Source: the human T2T-CHM13v2.0 reference genome, Homo sapiens. From it: 64,000 nucleotides of DNA. The translations under genes and the position numbers were made by a program. The stretch lies in the NCBI RefSeq assembly GCF_009914755.1, contig NC_060926.1; one strand, written 5' to 3'. Positions 38,593-52,157 of the stretch are shown piece after piece (positions within the stretch are counted from its first letter, which is position 1; every line of letters begins with the position of its first letter). Under the pieces are notes generated by a model that saw only the letters and a list, made by a program, of their open reading frames with translations, made no database searches and was not told the origin of the DNA.

Positions 38593-39609
38593 AATAGAGA
38601 GTCCAGAAATAGACCCACAAAATATAACAATGGATTTTGAACAAAAGTGCCAAGGCAATTCAATAGGAAAAGAATTAAAACATATGATGTTGAAACAACT
38701 GGATATCCATAGGCAGAAAAAAATAATGAACCTTGACCTAAACCTCACACCTCACAAAAATTGCCTCAAAATAGACCATACAGCTAATATAAAATATAAA
38801 ACCACAACATTTTTAGAAGCAACCATAGCAGAAAAAGTCTTTATGCCCTGAGGTTAGACAAAAAGTTTTTATACATGACACCAAAAAACATGGTCCATAA
38901 AAGGAGAAATTTGGGAAATTGGATTTCATAACATTTAAAAATATGTTCTCTGAAAGAGACAGGAGAATGAAAACACAAGCTACAGACTGGGAGAAAATAT
39001 TATTTCATCACACATCCAATGAAGGACTTGTATCCAGACTATATAAAGAACTCTCACAATCAATGGTAAGAAAACAAACCAGCTTAAAAATGGGGAAAAA
39101 AACTTGGACAGATGCTTCACTAAAGAGGATATATGGAGGCACATGAGCACAGGAAAGGCTGCTCACCATCCTTAGCCACTAGGGCAATACGAATTTAAGC
39201 ACAGTTAGATTCAGCCACCAGGCATCTGCGTGGCAGCAACTCTTCCCTACACTGTGAAGATAAATCTTCACTTCCTTACAGAGCTCCAGGCCTGGCCTAT
39301 GAGAACTGACAAGGGGCCTTGAACCCCACTGTCCTCATCTGTGATATAGGTTTGATAAATTGCCCATCCCAAAAAGCTTTCAAGGATGAAATGAGACAAA
39401 ATATGTAATATTCCTCAGCCTTAGTGGGTGTTCAACAAGCTTCCCCTCTTTGTGCCAAGAGACATCATCATCACAGAAATATTCCTTTGGCTAATAGATT
39501 TGGAGCAGAAATACCCCTGGAAAAGATTACCCTCAGTCCCACCACTGCAAGAACTCATTTCATCAGTAACTTCATTCCTAAAAATTGGTCTGAAGGTATT
39601 TTTGAGGCC

Positions 39610-40141
39610 CAGTAACTTTGCAACATGTCAACTTGGCTGAGCTGATCCATGCTTCTCAGAATTCCTGCTCCTGGGTGTTTCCGTTAGGTTGGATTACAAG
39701 AGAGATTCTTGCGGGAGACTTGGTGGGTGGGGGCAGAGGGATGCAGCAGGCATTTCACAGCCCATTTGTGGAGTCGATTACCTGCGGGCTCTGCCCATCT
39801 TTGTGGGGCAGCCATCTGGGCCTCCACCTTCCCTGGCTCCTCCTTCCGCTGCCCCACCTCCATAGGCCAGGTGTGTATGTTTAGTGCCATGGTGGGGGCC
39901 TTGGCTTCAGAAAGACATTCATACCACCAAGGCCAGAAGCAACAAGCACTGACAGCTCTCAGTCTGTCCTCGTGGGCTCCAGCTTGTCCTTGCTCCCCCA
40001 GTCTATAGGTATCTTCTCTTCCTGACCACCTGCCTGTGGGCTTTGAGTTCCAGCATCAGACACAGCAAAAAGGCCTTACAGAGACTGCTTGACCAGCCCT
40101 CATGACTGTGAAAGGCCAGGTCCTTGCAGCAGATCCATTTC

Positions 40142-40191
<50 letters not shown>

Positions 40192-40268
40192 CATCCATCT
40201 GTCTACCTATCTACCTGCCCACCTATCTATCTACCTATTATCTAGCTAGCTAGTATGATCTCTGTATC

Positions 40269-40311
<43 letters not shown>

Positions 40312-40432
40312 ATCTATCATGATTTCTTTGTCTGACATCTATCTATCCATCCATCCATTCATCCATCCATCCATCCATCCATCTATCCATCACAGTGGTC
40401 CTGTGTCCCTGCTTAAGCTGTGGCTGATAACA
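39610..40432. mobile_element. ERVL-type LTR (LTR16-like) containing microsatellites
   Basis: Resemblance to remembered consensus ends (..gtggtcctgtgtccctg..gctgataaca). Confidence 0.45.
40141..40391. repeat. Compound tetranucleotide STR (TCTA)n...(TCTA)n...(CCAT)n
   Basis: Direct reading. Confidence 0.97.
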
Positions 40433-41769
40433 TGACCATGGAAGGAAGGCAGCTCTGCAGGTCTGGCAAGGATGTCAAGGGCCAGCCTGGTGACCTGCCG
40501 CAGCTACTGTGGACAGGGAGCTACCCTCAGTGTTTGCTCTGTCCCAAGCACTATACCATACACGTTACTTCTCTTGGGCAGGTTATATTGCTGCAATAAT
40601 GTGGAGAAAAAGCATCCCAAAACTCACAGGCTTAAAGCAATGATCATTTGTTCTCACTGCTCCATGGGTTTCCCAAGAATGGGCTGACCTATGCCAGGCC
40701 AGGCTCAATGGCCCAGCTCCACATTTTGGAGTCCAGACTGAAGAGTCACCAGTGACCTCAGGGAGAGTCTTCTCGTGGTGATGGCAGAAGTTTAAGAGGA
40801 CATAGGAATTTTCCAGACCCCCTAAGGCCTAGGTTCAGAACTGGTCCACTGCTACTTCCGTCCCTTTCTCTTGACCAAAGCAAGTGACATGGCCAGACCC
40901 AAAGTCACAGAGGCAAGGAATTTCATCCTACCCTTAAGGAGGCAAGGCCAGGGCATGGACTCCAGGCAAGGTGATGAACAGGGACCAATGATTGTGTCTA
41001 CCACTCACAGTGTTTATTTACTCTGTGGCAGGCACTGTGATAGACAGTTTACATTAATGGAGTTCTGCAATCCTCACGACAACCCTACACAATAGGTAGG
41101 AACTATATTATCTCTAGTTAGGTTAACTTGTCCAAGATTACTTTGCCACTGAGTGGCAGATGGGGATTTAGACTCAGGACTTCTAACCCCTGTGCCCTCA
41201 CCTCACTGTGTTGAGAGTGGTGAGCAAAACGAGGCTTGTCGACAATAAGGGAAAGTGGCATTAAGCAAATAAAGGAGAACTGCAGTTCTCAGGGCCATGA
41301 AGGCTCATGGTACTATGAGACAATATAATGGGCAGATTTGAGCAAGTCGGGAAGTTTGGAGAAGACACCTGAGAAAATGGCGACTGAGCCTTGGTCTGAG
41401 AGATGGCCATACAAAAAGGGCAGGGAGAGGTATTCCAGGAAAAGGGAAGAGTATCTGTAAAGGCCCTGAGGGAGGAGTGCAGAACATGGTGCCAGTGAGT
41501 AAGTAAAAAAAGCAGGCATGGCTGGCAGAGGGTAAGGGGCTGAAGGAGTGGGGAAGAAGGCCAGTAGTGCAAAGCTTTGTAGCCTAGGGTAAGCTCAAGC
41601 TTTCTCCTAAGAGCATCAGAAAGCATTAGAGCAGTTTTTGCATGGGAATGACATGATAAGACTTGCATGTTGCAAAGCTCTAACTGCAAGGCAGAGAAGG
41701 ACTTGGCAGGATGTACAAGGGAACACCACCTGGCATGTGGCATCCAGGGAGGGATGGTGGAGAAATGGA

Positions 41770-44002
41770 GTCATGGTGGATTCAAGAGCCACTTAAGGCT
41801 CTTTTGCTCCCTCTTACCATGTGCTACAGGCTTCCTCTTTGCTTTCCTCAATGATTGTAAACTTCCTGAGGCCTCACCAGAAGCAAATGTTGGCATCATG
41901 CTGCTTGTACAGCCTGCAGAACTGTGAACAAAATAGGTCTCTTTTCTGTATGAATTGCCCAGTCTCAGGTATTCCCTTATATATTCCATTATATTCCATA
42001 TAGCAAGGCAAAATGAACTAACACAGAAAATTGGTACCAAGGATTGGGGCATTGCTATAAAGACCTGAAGATGTGCAAGTGGCTTTGGGACTGGGTACAG
42101 GCAGAGTTTGGAAGAATTTGGAAGGCTCAGAAAAAGAAAGGAAGATGAGGGAAAGTTTGGAACTTCCTAGAGACTAGCCAAATGGTTGTGACCATAATGC
42201 TGACAGAAATATGGACAGTGAAGTCCAGTTTGATGAGATCCCAGATGGAAATGAGGAATTTATTGGAAGCTGAAGGTTACCCATGTTATGGCCTAGCAAA
42301 GAACTTGGCTGCATTGTGTCCACGCCCCAGGAATTTGTGAAAGTTTGAACTTAAAAGCGATGACTTAGGGTATGTGGTGGAAGAAACTTCTAAGCAGAAG
42401 TGTTCAAGAAGTAAATTGGCTGCTTCTAATGACCTATGATCAGATATAGGAGCAGAGAAATGACCCAAAGTTAGAATTTATTTTTAAAAGGGAAGCAGAG
42501 CATAAAGGAAAGTTTGAAGCCTGTCCATGTAGAGAAGGAAAAATCATTTTCAGGAGAGAAATATAAGGGAGCTGCAGAGCAACCACTTGCTAGAAAGATT
42601 TGCATGACTGAAAGAGTGACAAATGCTAATAGCCAAGACAACAACAGGAAAGGCCTTGAAGGTATTTCAGAAGTCTTAGGGCAGCCCCTCCCATCACAGG
42701 ACCAGAAGTCTAGGAGGAAGGAAAAATTTGAGGGGGAGGGGGAGAGTGTTAGGCCCAGGGCCTTGCTGCCTTGCACAGCCTTGGGACACTGCTCTCAGTA
42801 TCCTGGAAGCTCTGACTCCAGCCCAAAGAGCTCCATGTGCAGCTCAGGCCACTACATGCTGGCTTCCATGTAGTGTTAAGCCTGCAGGTACACAGAATGC
42901 AAATATAAAGGAGGCTTGGCAGCTTCCACCTAGATTTCAGAGGATGTATGAGAAAGCCTGGGTGCCCAGGCAGAAGTGTGCTGTGGGACAGAACCCTCAT
43001 AGAGCACTTCTACTAGGGCAATGTGGAGGGGAAATGTGGGGTTGAAGCCCCCACAGAGTCTCCACCATGGTACTGCCTAGTGGAGCTGTGGGAAGGGGGC
43101 TGCTGCCCTTTAGACCTGAGAATGGTATATCCACTGGCAGTTTGCACCCTGAGCCTGGAAAAGCTGCAGGGACTCAACTTCAACCTGTGAGAGCAGCTAT
43201 GGGGGATGTACCCTGCAAAGCCACAGATTTGGAAATGCCCAAGGCCTTAGGAGCCCACCCCTTGCACCAGTGTGCCCTGGATGCAGGACATGGAGTCAAG
43301 GATTATTTTGGAGCTTTAAGGTTTAATGTCTGCCCTGTTGGGTTCCAGACTTGCATGGGTCCTGTTGACCCTTTCTTTTGGTTGATTTCTCCTTTTTGGA
43401 GTGAGAACGTTTATCTAATGTCTGCACCACCATTGTATCTTGGAAGTAAGTAACTTGCTTTTGATTTTACAGGCTCAGCTGGAAGGAATTTGCCTTGAGT
43501 CTCAGACAAGACTTTGGACTTTGGACTTGGGACTTTTAAGTTGAGGCTCGAACAAGTTACGACTTCTAGGGACTATTGGGAAGAGATTATTGTATTTTGC
43601 AACGTGAGAAGAACATGAGATTTGGGGGACCAGGAGTGGGATGATATGGTTTGGATATGTGTCCCCTCCAAATCTCATGTCGAAATGTGATCCACAGTGT
43701 TAGTGGTGGGGCCTGGTCGGAGGTGTTTGGGTCATGGGGGCGGATCTCTCATGAGTGGCTTGGTGCCTTCCTCATAATGACGAGTGAGTTCTCCCTCTGC
43801 TAGTTCACATGAGAGGTTGTTTAAAGAAGGCTGGCACTTACCTTCTCTCTTTCTTGCTTGCTCTTGCCATGGGATATGGGCTTCCCCCTCGCCTTACACC
43901 ATGATTGGAAATTTCCTGAGTCCTCACCAGAAGCAGATGCTGGCACCATGCTGCTTGTACAGCCTGAAGAACTGTGAGCCAAATAAACCTATTTTCTTTA
44001 TA
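41770..44002 (+). mobile_element. MSTB-type MaLR element: partial 5' LTR (~41770-42024), internal region (~42025-43641), 3' LTR (43642-~44002)
   Basis: Both LTRs share cctcaccagaagca..atgctgcttgtacagcctg..gaactgtga; internal region starts gaaaattggtacc. Confidence 0.9.
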
Positions 44003-46318
44003 GATTTTTTTAAAAAGAGCTACGTGAGGCATGTAAGCAACAAGACTCAGCAAGGGTTCCACACGAGGAATAAGAGAGAAGGAGGTGGTATGGAGCATGC
44101 CCTAGTCTCTGACTTGCCTGATGTGGTGATGAGGAGTGTTGGACGAGGGCCAGTGAGATTAGGTGGGGACGATATGGGGCAGGGTGGGTGGAGGGACATC
44201 GTGAGTTACAATTTGGATGCGTTGAGTCTGCTGTGCCTCTGAGATACCCAAGAGGAAAGGCCTGAGAGGCATTAGGTTTGGTGGGTCTGGAGTGAGCTCA
44301 GACAAGAGCCTGGGGTCCTGGTACTTACCTATGAGTTGGAGCATGGAAGAGATGCTGGGAGCTGTAGGTGAGCTCACGTGGGGCAAGGTGGAGCTCCAGA
44401 GAGGAGAAAGCCTGCTCAGGAGCCTTGGGAAATGCTAGTGATGAAGGGCCAGGACCAGAAGGATGCAGCTGCCAGGGAGTTTGAGAGGAAACCATAAGAA
44501 GAAGGGGAGAAGAACCCGGGGGGGGTGCCCCAGGCTCCAGGGAGAGGGCCTTTCCAGGAGGGTTGGCAACAGTGGCTGGCCCCCGCATTGCCGTGCATTT
44601 CAGCAGCCTTGGGTCAGCCTTGCCCATTGCTTTCTCTCATATCCCACAGCCAGTCTGTCAAGAAATCCTTCTGGCTCTAACTTCAAAGAATATCCAGAGT
44701 CTATTCACTTTTCACCATAACCCTGTGGGCCTCCATGGCATGCTGGAGCCCGAAACCAAGAAATGATCAGATCAGGACTCTCTTTGCCCCTTCTGGGATA
44801 GGTGGTTTACCAGCACTCTGCTCCCCTGCTGTATCCCCCTCTTATCCTAAGCTCTTCACCAAGCCTCCTTATTGGTCCACATTTCCCCATCCTGGTCTCC
44901 TATTGCCTTTGCTCAGTCTCCAGTCGAAGCAGTTCTTCCAAGTCACGTCACTCCTCTGCTTAGCACTGATGCTGTGCTCCTGTCCCTCCCAGCACACGGG
45001 CTCCCTCAGCCCTCATTCCCCTTCCTCCCCCTATCACCTCCTGGTTTACTAGCGCTCTGCTCCACTGCTATGCTTCACGTCATCCACTTGGCTTCCTTGC
45101 TTCCCCAGGCATACTCCAGGCACACCCTGCCCCAGGGCCTCTGCACTGGCTGTTCCCCAGGTATCCACGTGACTCACACTTCACCTCCTTCAGGTCTTTG
45201 CTATCCTAACCACCCTACTTAAAATTAGAATACCACCCCCCAGCCCCATCTCTTTACCTACTGTATTTTTTTTCACAGCACAGATAAGCTTCAAAATCAC
45301 TGTGTAATTCACGCTTGCCAAATGAGCTCATTGGTGACAGAAGCAGGTGCTGGGATGGCACATGATGGAGCAGTGTCAGGTAGGAGAGAGGCAGGGAGAG
45401 CCAGAAGTAGAATCGTCTAGCAACCACTCCTTCCAGAAGTTTGCCAGTGAAGGGGAAAGAGAAGAGAGAACAATAGCAGGAGAGGTTTTGTTTGTGATCA
45501 TTTTTTAATGGGAAAGATTTGAGCATGTGGAGAGTCGCTGAGATGATCCAGCTCAGAGGGAGATGCCAAATGGATAGGGGGTGGAGGGTGAGATAACCAG
45601 AGTGTGTGGCGGGAGCAAAAACATGGGAAGGGATTGGGGAGGGTGGGCCTTAGACAGCAGGATGGAAAATGGCCCTACTGGAACAGGAGGGAAGGAAAGA
45701 GAAGAGGGATGATTGGAGCTTGCTTGTAGGTTTGGGACTGGGAAGAAAAGAGAGCTTCTATCCTAGCCCTTGATGTAGGCACCAAGGTGTTCTGCTGGGA
45801 GAGGGATAATCAGAGCCCCAAGAATGGTGGAGAAGGTCTGGGACAGTTGTTACTGGGGAGCGGCAGCAGCCTTAGGGAAACAGAAGAGGCTGAGGATCCA
45901 AGGACGTCACTGCCCTCTTATGTGGGCATTTGTGATTCCAGCGCCAGGTTGAGCATCAGAGATGGTGCCTCTTTCAAGGAGCTGCCTCTCTCCCTAAAAG
46001 AAATTGCTCTTGGGCGGGGGAGAAATAATGTCTAAATGTAATGCTTTACAAGGCAGGGAGGAGAACCCATTAGGCCTGCTGCCGGTGTCCCTGCAGCGTG
46101 GCCAGCTGCTGGAGCTAGAGGTAATTCCCCCGTGCCCTTTATTGCCTCCGCTCGGCGGGAGTGACACCGGGCCCTGCTTTACGAGCTGTCAATAAGGGCT
46201 GTGTTTTATATTATGGGCAGGACAATTTATGGGCCGCCCCAGCACTCTGCAGACAGCCATTTGGCCAGGGAGGAAAATGGCCTCATACTTAAGAAATTTG
46301 GAAGCCAGAAAACAGCCT

Positions 46319-46335
46319 GAGAGAGAGAGAGAGAG

Positions 46336-46377
<42 letters not shown>

Positions 46378-46440
46378 CATGCATGTGTGCACATGTGTAT
46401 GTGTGTGTTGCATGCATGCACACATGTAACTATGTGTGTG
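46319..46440. repeat. (GA)n(GT)n compound microsatellite with degenerate TG/CATG tail
   Basis: Direct reading. Confidence 0.95.
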
Positions 46441-47050
46441 CTCAGTTTCATCTGCCTGACTTGTTTTGAAAAACAAGAAAAGCTCCATTATAGGCTGACT
46501 ACCAAAATGAAATGAAATAAAGTGACTCATTTCCTTCTGGATATGGCCTTTGCAACACATACTGACAATGAGGTTTTGGAGGAAGGGGCAGGTGACCAGG
46601 GGTGGTCAGTCCTGTCAAATCCACATGGATTCCTTTCTCCCTGGGTAGGTCTAGCTCTCAGCAGAACAAATGGTAACATCTCCCATGAGAGAATTTACAA
46701 CATTTTACTGAAATGCCCGTTTTCAGTCTGACTTCCCTGTAGACTCTGTGCTCCTGGAGAGTGGGGCCATGTTTCATTTGACTGCATTCCTAGGCTACCT
46801 GACCTCAGCCGGCACCATGGCCAGACTCAGTCTCTGGTTGTGGAATGAATGCTTGAATAAGTGAGAGTTAGCTACCTGAGCACGGAAGGGGTCTGCCGAG
46901 AGTTCATCTCCCCGTTAGACCGGAAGTCTCTTGCTGGCAGGGCCCTGTCTTTGTTAGGTAGGCACTGAGGCACTGACACATAGGAGGGTCTTAGATATGT
47001 GTATTGGACTGGTGTGGACTGAGCAAGGCAGAGAACTAAGGTTAGATGAC

Positions 47051-47409
47051 TGTATTTGTCCGTTCTCGCATTGCTACAAAGAACTACCTGAGGCTGGGTA
47101 ATTTATAAGAAAAGAGGTCTCATTGGCTCATGGTTCTGCAGGCTGTACAGGAAGCATGGCTGGGGAGGCCTCAGGAAACTTACAAATATGGCAGAAGGGG
47201 AGGCAGGCACATAATACATGGCTGGAGCAGGAGGAAGACAGCGAAGGGAGAGGTGCTACACACTCTTAACCAGATCTCACTATCAGGAGAACAGCAAAGG
47301 GGAAATCCACCCCCATGATTTTATCGCCTCCCACCAGGCCCCTCCTCCAGCACTGGAGATTACAATTCCACATGAGATTTGGGCAGGGACACAGATCCAA
47401 ACCATATCA
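47051..47409 (-). mobile_element. MST-type MaLR solo LTR with 5-bp TSD ATGAC
   Basis: tgtatttgtccgttctcgcattgct...ccaaaccatatca; ATGAC at 47046-47050 and 47410-47414. Confidence 0.92.
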
Positions 47410-47844
47410 ATGACTGCCGAGGTAAGTAGATTTACAGCTAGTAGATCCCCCATCTCAGGCAGTGTTGAGACTGAGAATGGGTGAATGGGCTGGCTCAAGG
47501 CCACTTCTTTTGTGGTCCTGTTGCTGGCCCTCCCTCATCCCATTGCCCTCTGAGTGGTGGAGGCTCCCAGGCTCTGTCCTCAGCAGATCCTCCACATTCT
47601 CTCCCTGGGTGTGCCCATGCTATCCCAAGGCTTTAATACCACTATGTGCTGATCACTCTCAAATGCATACCTCCCCCGTGACCTTTAGGCTCTTATATTC
47701 AACTGCCTGTTTGACACTCCCTTGAAGGTCTCATCAGCACCTCCAATTTAATATTCATCCCCAAACCACCTTCTCCAGTCTCCCTCATCTTAGTAAATGG
47801 TACCACCATTTGGCGTTTGACTAAGGCAAGAACCCAAGAGCCAG

Positions 47845-48845
47845 TTGGGGTGAATATCTTAAGTGTCAACTTGACTAGGACGTGAGGTGTCCATATAGTT
47901 GGTTAAACATTATTCTGGGTGTGTCTGTGAGAGTTGGTTTCTGGGTGAGGCATTTGATTAACTGAATAAAGCAGATAGCCCTCTCCAATGTGGGTGGAGG
48001 TCATCCAAGCCATTGAAGGCCTGAATAGAACAAAAAGATGGAGTAGGAAAGAATTCTCATTCTCTACCTGACTGTCTGCAAGCTGGGACATCAGTCCTCT
48101 CCTGCTTTTGGATTTGGATTCGGACTGGAACTTGCACCATCAGCTCTCCTGGTTCTCAGACCTTCAGACTCAGATTGGAATGACACCATTGGCTCTCTCA
48201 GGTCTCTAGCTTGCCAAGTGCAGATCTTAGGACTTCTCCACCTCCATAATCCCATGAGCCAGTTCCTTATAATCAACCTCTCTCTCTCTCATATACATAC
48301 ATACATAGTAGTGCCCCTTATTTGCAGAGGATGCATTCCAAGACCCCGAGTGGGTACCTGAAACTGCAGATCTATCGAACCCTACATATGCTATGTTTTT
48401 TCCATACATACCATACACATATACATACCAATGATAAAGTTCAATTTATAAATTAGGCACAGTACTCTTGTGCTTTGGGGCCATTATTAAGCAAAATAAG
48501 GGTGACCTGAACACAAGCACTGCAATGCCCCAACCGTCAATGGGAGAACTGAGATGGCTACTAAGGGACCCAGCAGGAGAGCAGCACACACAGCATGGAG
48601 GTGCTAGACAAAGGGATCATTCATGTCCTGGGGATGATGGAGCAGACCGTGCAAGATTTCATCACACTATGTAGAGAAATATGCAATTTAAAATGTACAA
48701 ATTGTTTGCTTCTGGGATATTTCATTTAATGTATTCAGATCGTGATTGACCATGAATGACTGAAACTGCAGAAAGTGAAACCATGGATAAAGGGAGACTA
48801 CTGTACACTACTGTCCTGTTTTTCTGGAGAAAACAGATTAATACA
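47845..48845. mobile_element. MLT2-type ERVL LTR split by a MER44 insertion
   Basis: gtgtcaacttgact..aaacattattctgggtgtgtctgtgag..ccataatcccatgagccagttccttataat; resumes ~48808. Confidence 0.8.
48305..48803. mobile_element. MER44-like (Tigger-derived) MITE
   Basis: Terminal inverted repeats agtagtgcccctta.. / ..ataaagggagactactg with TA flanks. Confidence 0.8.
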
Positions 48846-49214
48846 CCATCCTTTACTATTCTCTTTCAGTCCCGTTCTACAACCAATCCACCACTGAGTT
48901 CTGTCACCTATATCCCAAAAATATATACAAAATCTGATTGCCTCTCTTTGTCTCTAGGTCAAGACAACCCCAGCAGCCTTCTCACTAGTCTCCTTGCCTT
49001 TTCTTTTCCTCTCTACATCCCATTCTCCACAGAGCGACCTCCTAAGACACTGATCAGGTGGCATCATTGCCAGATGTGGCGCCCTCCTGTGGTGCGTCTT
49101 CACCCTCAAAGCAGACCCACACTCCTTGCCTGTGGATCCAGCCCCACCTGTACCGCTGGTTTCCTCTCCAGCAACCCTCAACCCCTTCACTCCCGCTAAC
49201 TAAAATAACCTTTG

Positions 49215-49860
49215 TGTTTAACTTTTTCCATTGAACCAATTTTAGACTTACAGAAAAGTTGCAAAAATAGCACAGATTATTCTCTTCACCCCTACTTGTG
49301 ACAACTCAAATAACCATAATACAATGATCAAGACCAAAAAATTAATACCAGTACAATGCTTTTAACTAAACAGCAGATCCTACTTGAATTCACTAGTTTT
49401 CCTCCTATGTCTTTTTGTTCTTTCAGGATCTCATCCAAGATCCCAAATTGCATTTGTGATTTCTCCTTTGTTTCCTCTAATCTGTCAGTCCCTTAGTCTC
49501 TCCTTGTCTTACATGACCTTGACACTTTTGAACGGTGTCCCTCTATTTGGGCATGTCTGATGTTTTCTCATGATTGGAATTAAATTATGCATTTTTGGCA
49601 AAATGACACAGCAGAAATTACGTGTCCCTCTCTCAGTGTGTCATATCAAGAGATTCATGATATTGACATGTCTTATTACTGGTCACGTTAACCTTGATCA
49701 TTTGGTTATGCTGGCGTCTGCCAGGTTTTTCCACTGTAAAGTTAATATCTTTCCCTTTGTAATTATTATATTTGGAGATATACTTTGAGTTTATACAAAC
49801 CCTCTTTTTCTTCAAACTTTAGTATCCATTGGTGGATCTTCTCTACAACTATTACTATAC
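49215..49860 (-). mobile_element. Old L1 (L1MC-like) 3' end
   Basis: aattttagacttacagaaaagttgcaaaaatag..gttaaccttgatcatttggtta..gatatactttgag. Confidence 0.75.
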
Positions 49861-50367
49861 TTTATGCTTTTTCTTGGCTTCAGGCATTTAAAGAAATGCT
49901 ATGAAAACATTGGTTAATCACTAAGGTAATGGAACACAAGTATCAGTGGCCACACATGACAAGGAATTCAGACTTTACAAAAATAGTTTTAAAAATATAC
50001 TAAACAAGCACACAACAACCCACAACAAGCTGAAACAACTAATTCTGAGAATGGGGAGGAATCTGGTTTCCAGAATTAACCTATTATAATATTCAAAATG
50101 TCCAGTTTTCAAAAAACCTATAAGGCATTGAAAGTACAAGAAAGTATGGTACATTTATAGGAAAAAATAAATGTATAGAAACTGTCCATGAGAGGCCCAG
50201 GCATTAGACTTACTAGAAAAAGATTTTAAATGAGTATACTCAAAAAGCTAAAAGAAACCATGGAGACAGAACTAAAAGAAAGCAGGAGAGCGATGCTTCA
50301 CCAGATAAAGAATATTGTTAAAGAGATAGAAATTATAAAAGGAATCAAGTAGAAATTTGGGTGCTGA

Positions 50368-50811
50368 CTTTTGATGCTAGGGTTTGCTTTTCTCCCCCCA
50401 GTCATATCTTGTGATTTCCACAGTTGTCGTATTAGTGTTGAGTTTTCTGAGTTGGCATAAGCTGATCACATATTAGAGGTTTATTTTTACGATTCTATGT
50501 AAACGTGCACACGTAATTTAAAATCTGCATTGGGATTGGTTGGAATATTGTCCTAAATTAATTAAATCTTGCACTGTTTTGAATGCATCTGCTATTTATA
50601 CATCTGCAAGTGGGTATGTCATAAGGAGTCAGATTATCTTTAATTTAAAATGAATAGTTTTTCCTTTTTGTTTAATTTTGTTTTGTTTTTATAAATGTTT
50701 TCAAGAGTATAGAAAATTTATTTCTAATTTTTCTTGCTATTACAACTGATGTAAATGATAGTTTCAGTTTTTGTGAGATTTAAAAAAATAAAGCACTTAT
50801 TCTAAAAAAAA
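50368..50811 (+). pseudogene. 5'-truncated processed retrocopy of an unidentified transcript 3' end
   Basis: Non-L1 AT-rich insert, AATAAA at 50787-50792, A-tail at 50804-50811, perfect 18-bp TSD TAGAAATTTGGGTGCTGA at 50350-50367 and 50812-50829. Confidence 0.8.
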
Positions 50812-51779
50812 TAGAAATTTGGGTGCTGAAAAGTACAAATGAAATGAAAAATTCTGCTAGATGGGGCCAACAGCAGATTTGAACAGGCAAATGATAGAAT
50901 CAGTGAACTTGAAGTTAAGTCAATTGAGATTATTTAGGTTGAAGATCAGAAAGAAAAAAGAATGAAGAAAAATAAACAGAGACAGTCTAGGAGACCTGTA
51001 GGATACCACCAGTCTTACAAACATATCATAATGGGAGTTCCAAAAGGAGAAAAAAGAGACAGGAATAATATTAGAAGAAATAATGACTGAAAACTTCCCA
51101 AATTTGGTGAAAGACATAAATCTACACATCCAACATGTAGCTCAACAAACACCAAGCAAAATAAACTCAAAGAGATCCACATTGAGATGCACTATAGCAA
51201 GCTGACATAAGAGAAAGACAAAACATCTTGAAACAAGAGAGAAGAGACTCATCACAGACAAGAGATTCTCAATAAGATTAATAGCAATTTTCTCATCAGA
51301 AATCATGAAGGCCAGAAGATTATATATTTAAAGTACTGAGAGGGGGAAAAAAGAAAACCAATAATTCTGTATCCAGAAAATATTCTGAGAGCATAAAGGA
51401 GAAATTAAAATATTCCCACATAAACAAAAACTGAGGGAATTTGTCACTAGCAGATCTTCCCTAGAAGAAATGCTAAAGGGTGTCCTTCAGGTTGAAATGA
51501 CACCAGACAGTAACCCAAAGCCACATGAAGAAATAAATGATACCAGTAAAGGTAGCTAGTTACATAGGTAAATATAGAAGTTAATAGTATTGCAATTTTG
51601 GTTTGTAGCTTCTCTTTTGTTCCATATGATTTAGAAGACAAATGCATAAGTCAATAATTATAAATTTATGTTAATGGGCACACAATGTATAAAAATTTGT
51701 GAAAATAACAACATGGGGTGGGGAGACAGAGCTGTGAAAGATCAGTTTTATGTACTATCAAAATTTAAAGTTGGTATTA

Positions 51780-52072
<293 letters not shown>

Positions 52073-52157
52073 TGGTATTAATTCAAACTGGATTGTTATA
52101 AAGTTAAGATGGTAATTGTAATCTCCAGGGTAACTACTAGGAATAAGACTCAAAAAC

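Larger units (their letters stand above)
37080..39200 (+). mobile_element. Old L1M fragments (ORF1 end and ORF2 pieces), host to nested MER58 and a MaLR LTR
   Basis: ORF remnants IESPEIDP..NLDLNLTPH and MKTQATDWEKI..GLVSRLYKEL are L1 ORF2-like. Confidence 0.85.
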
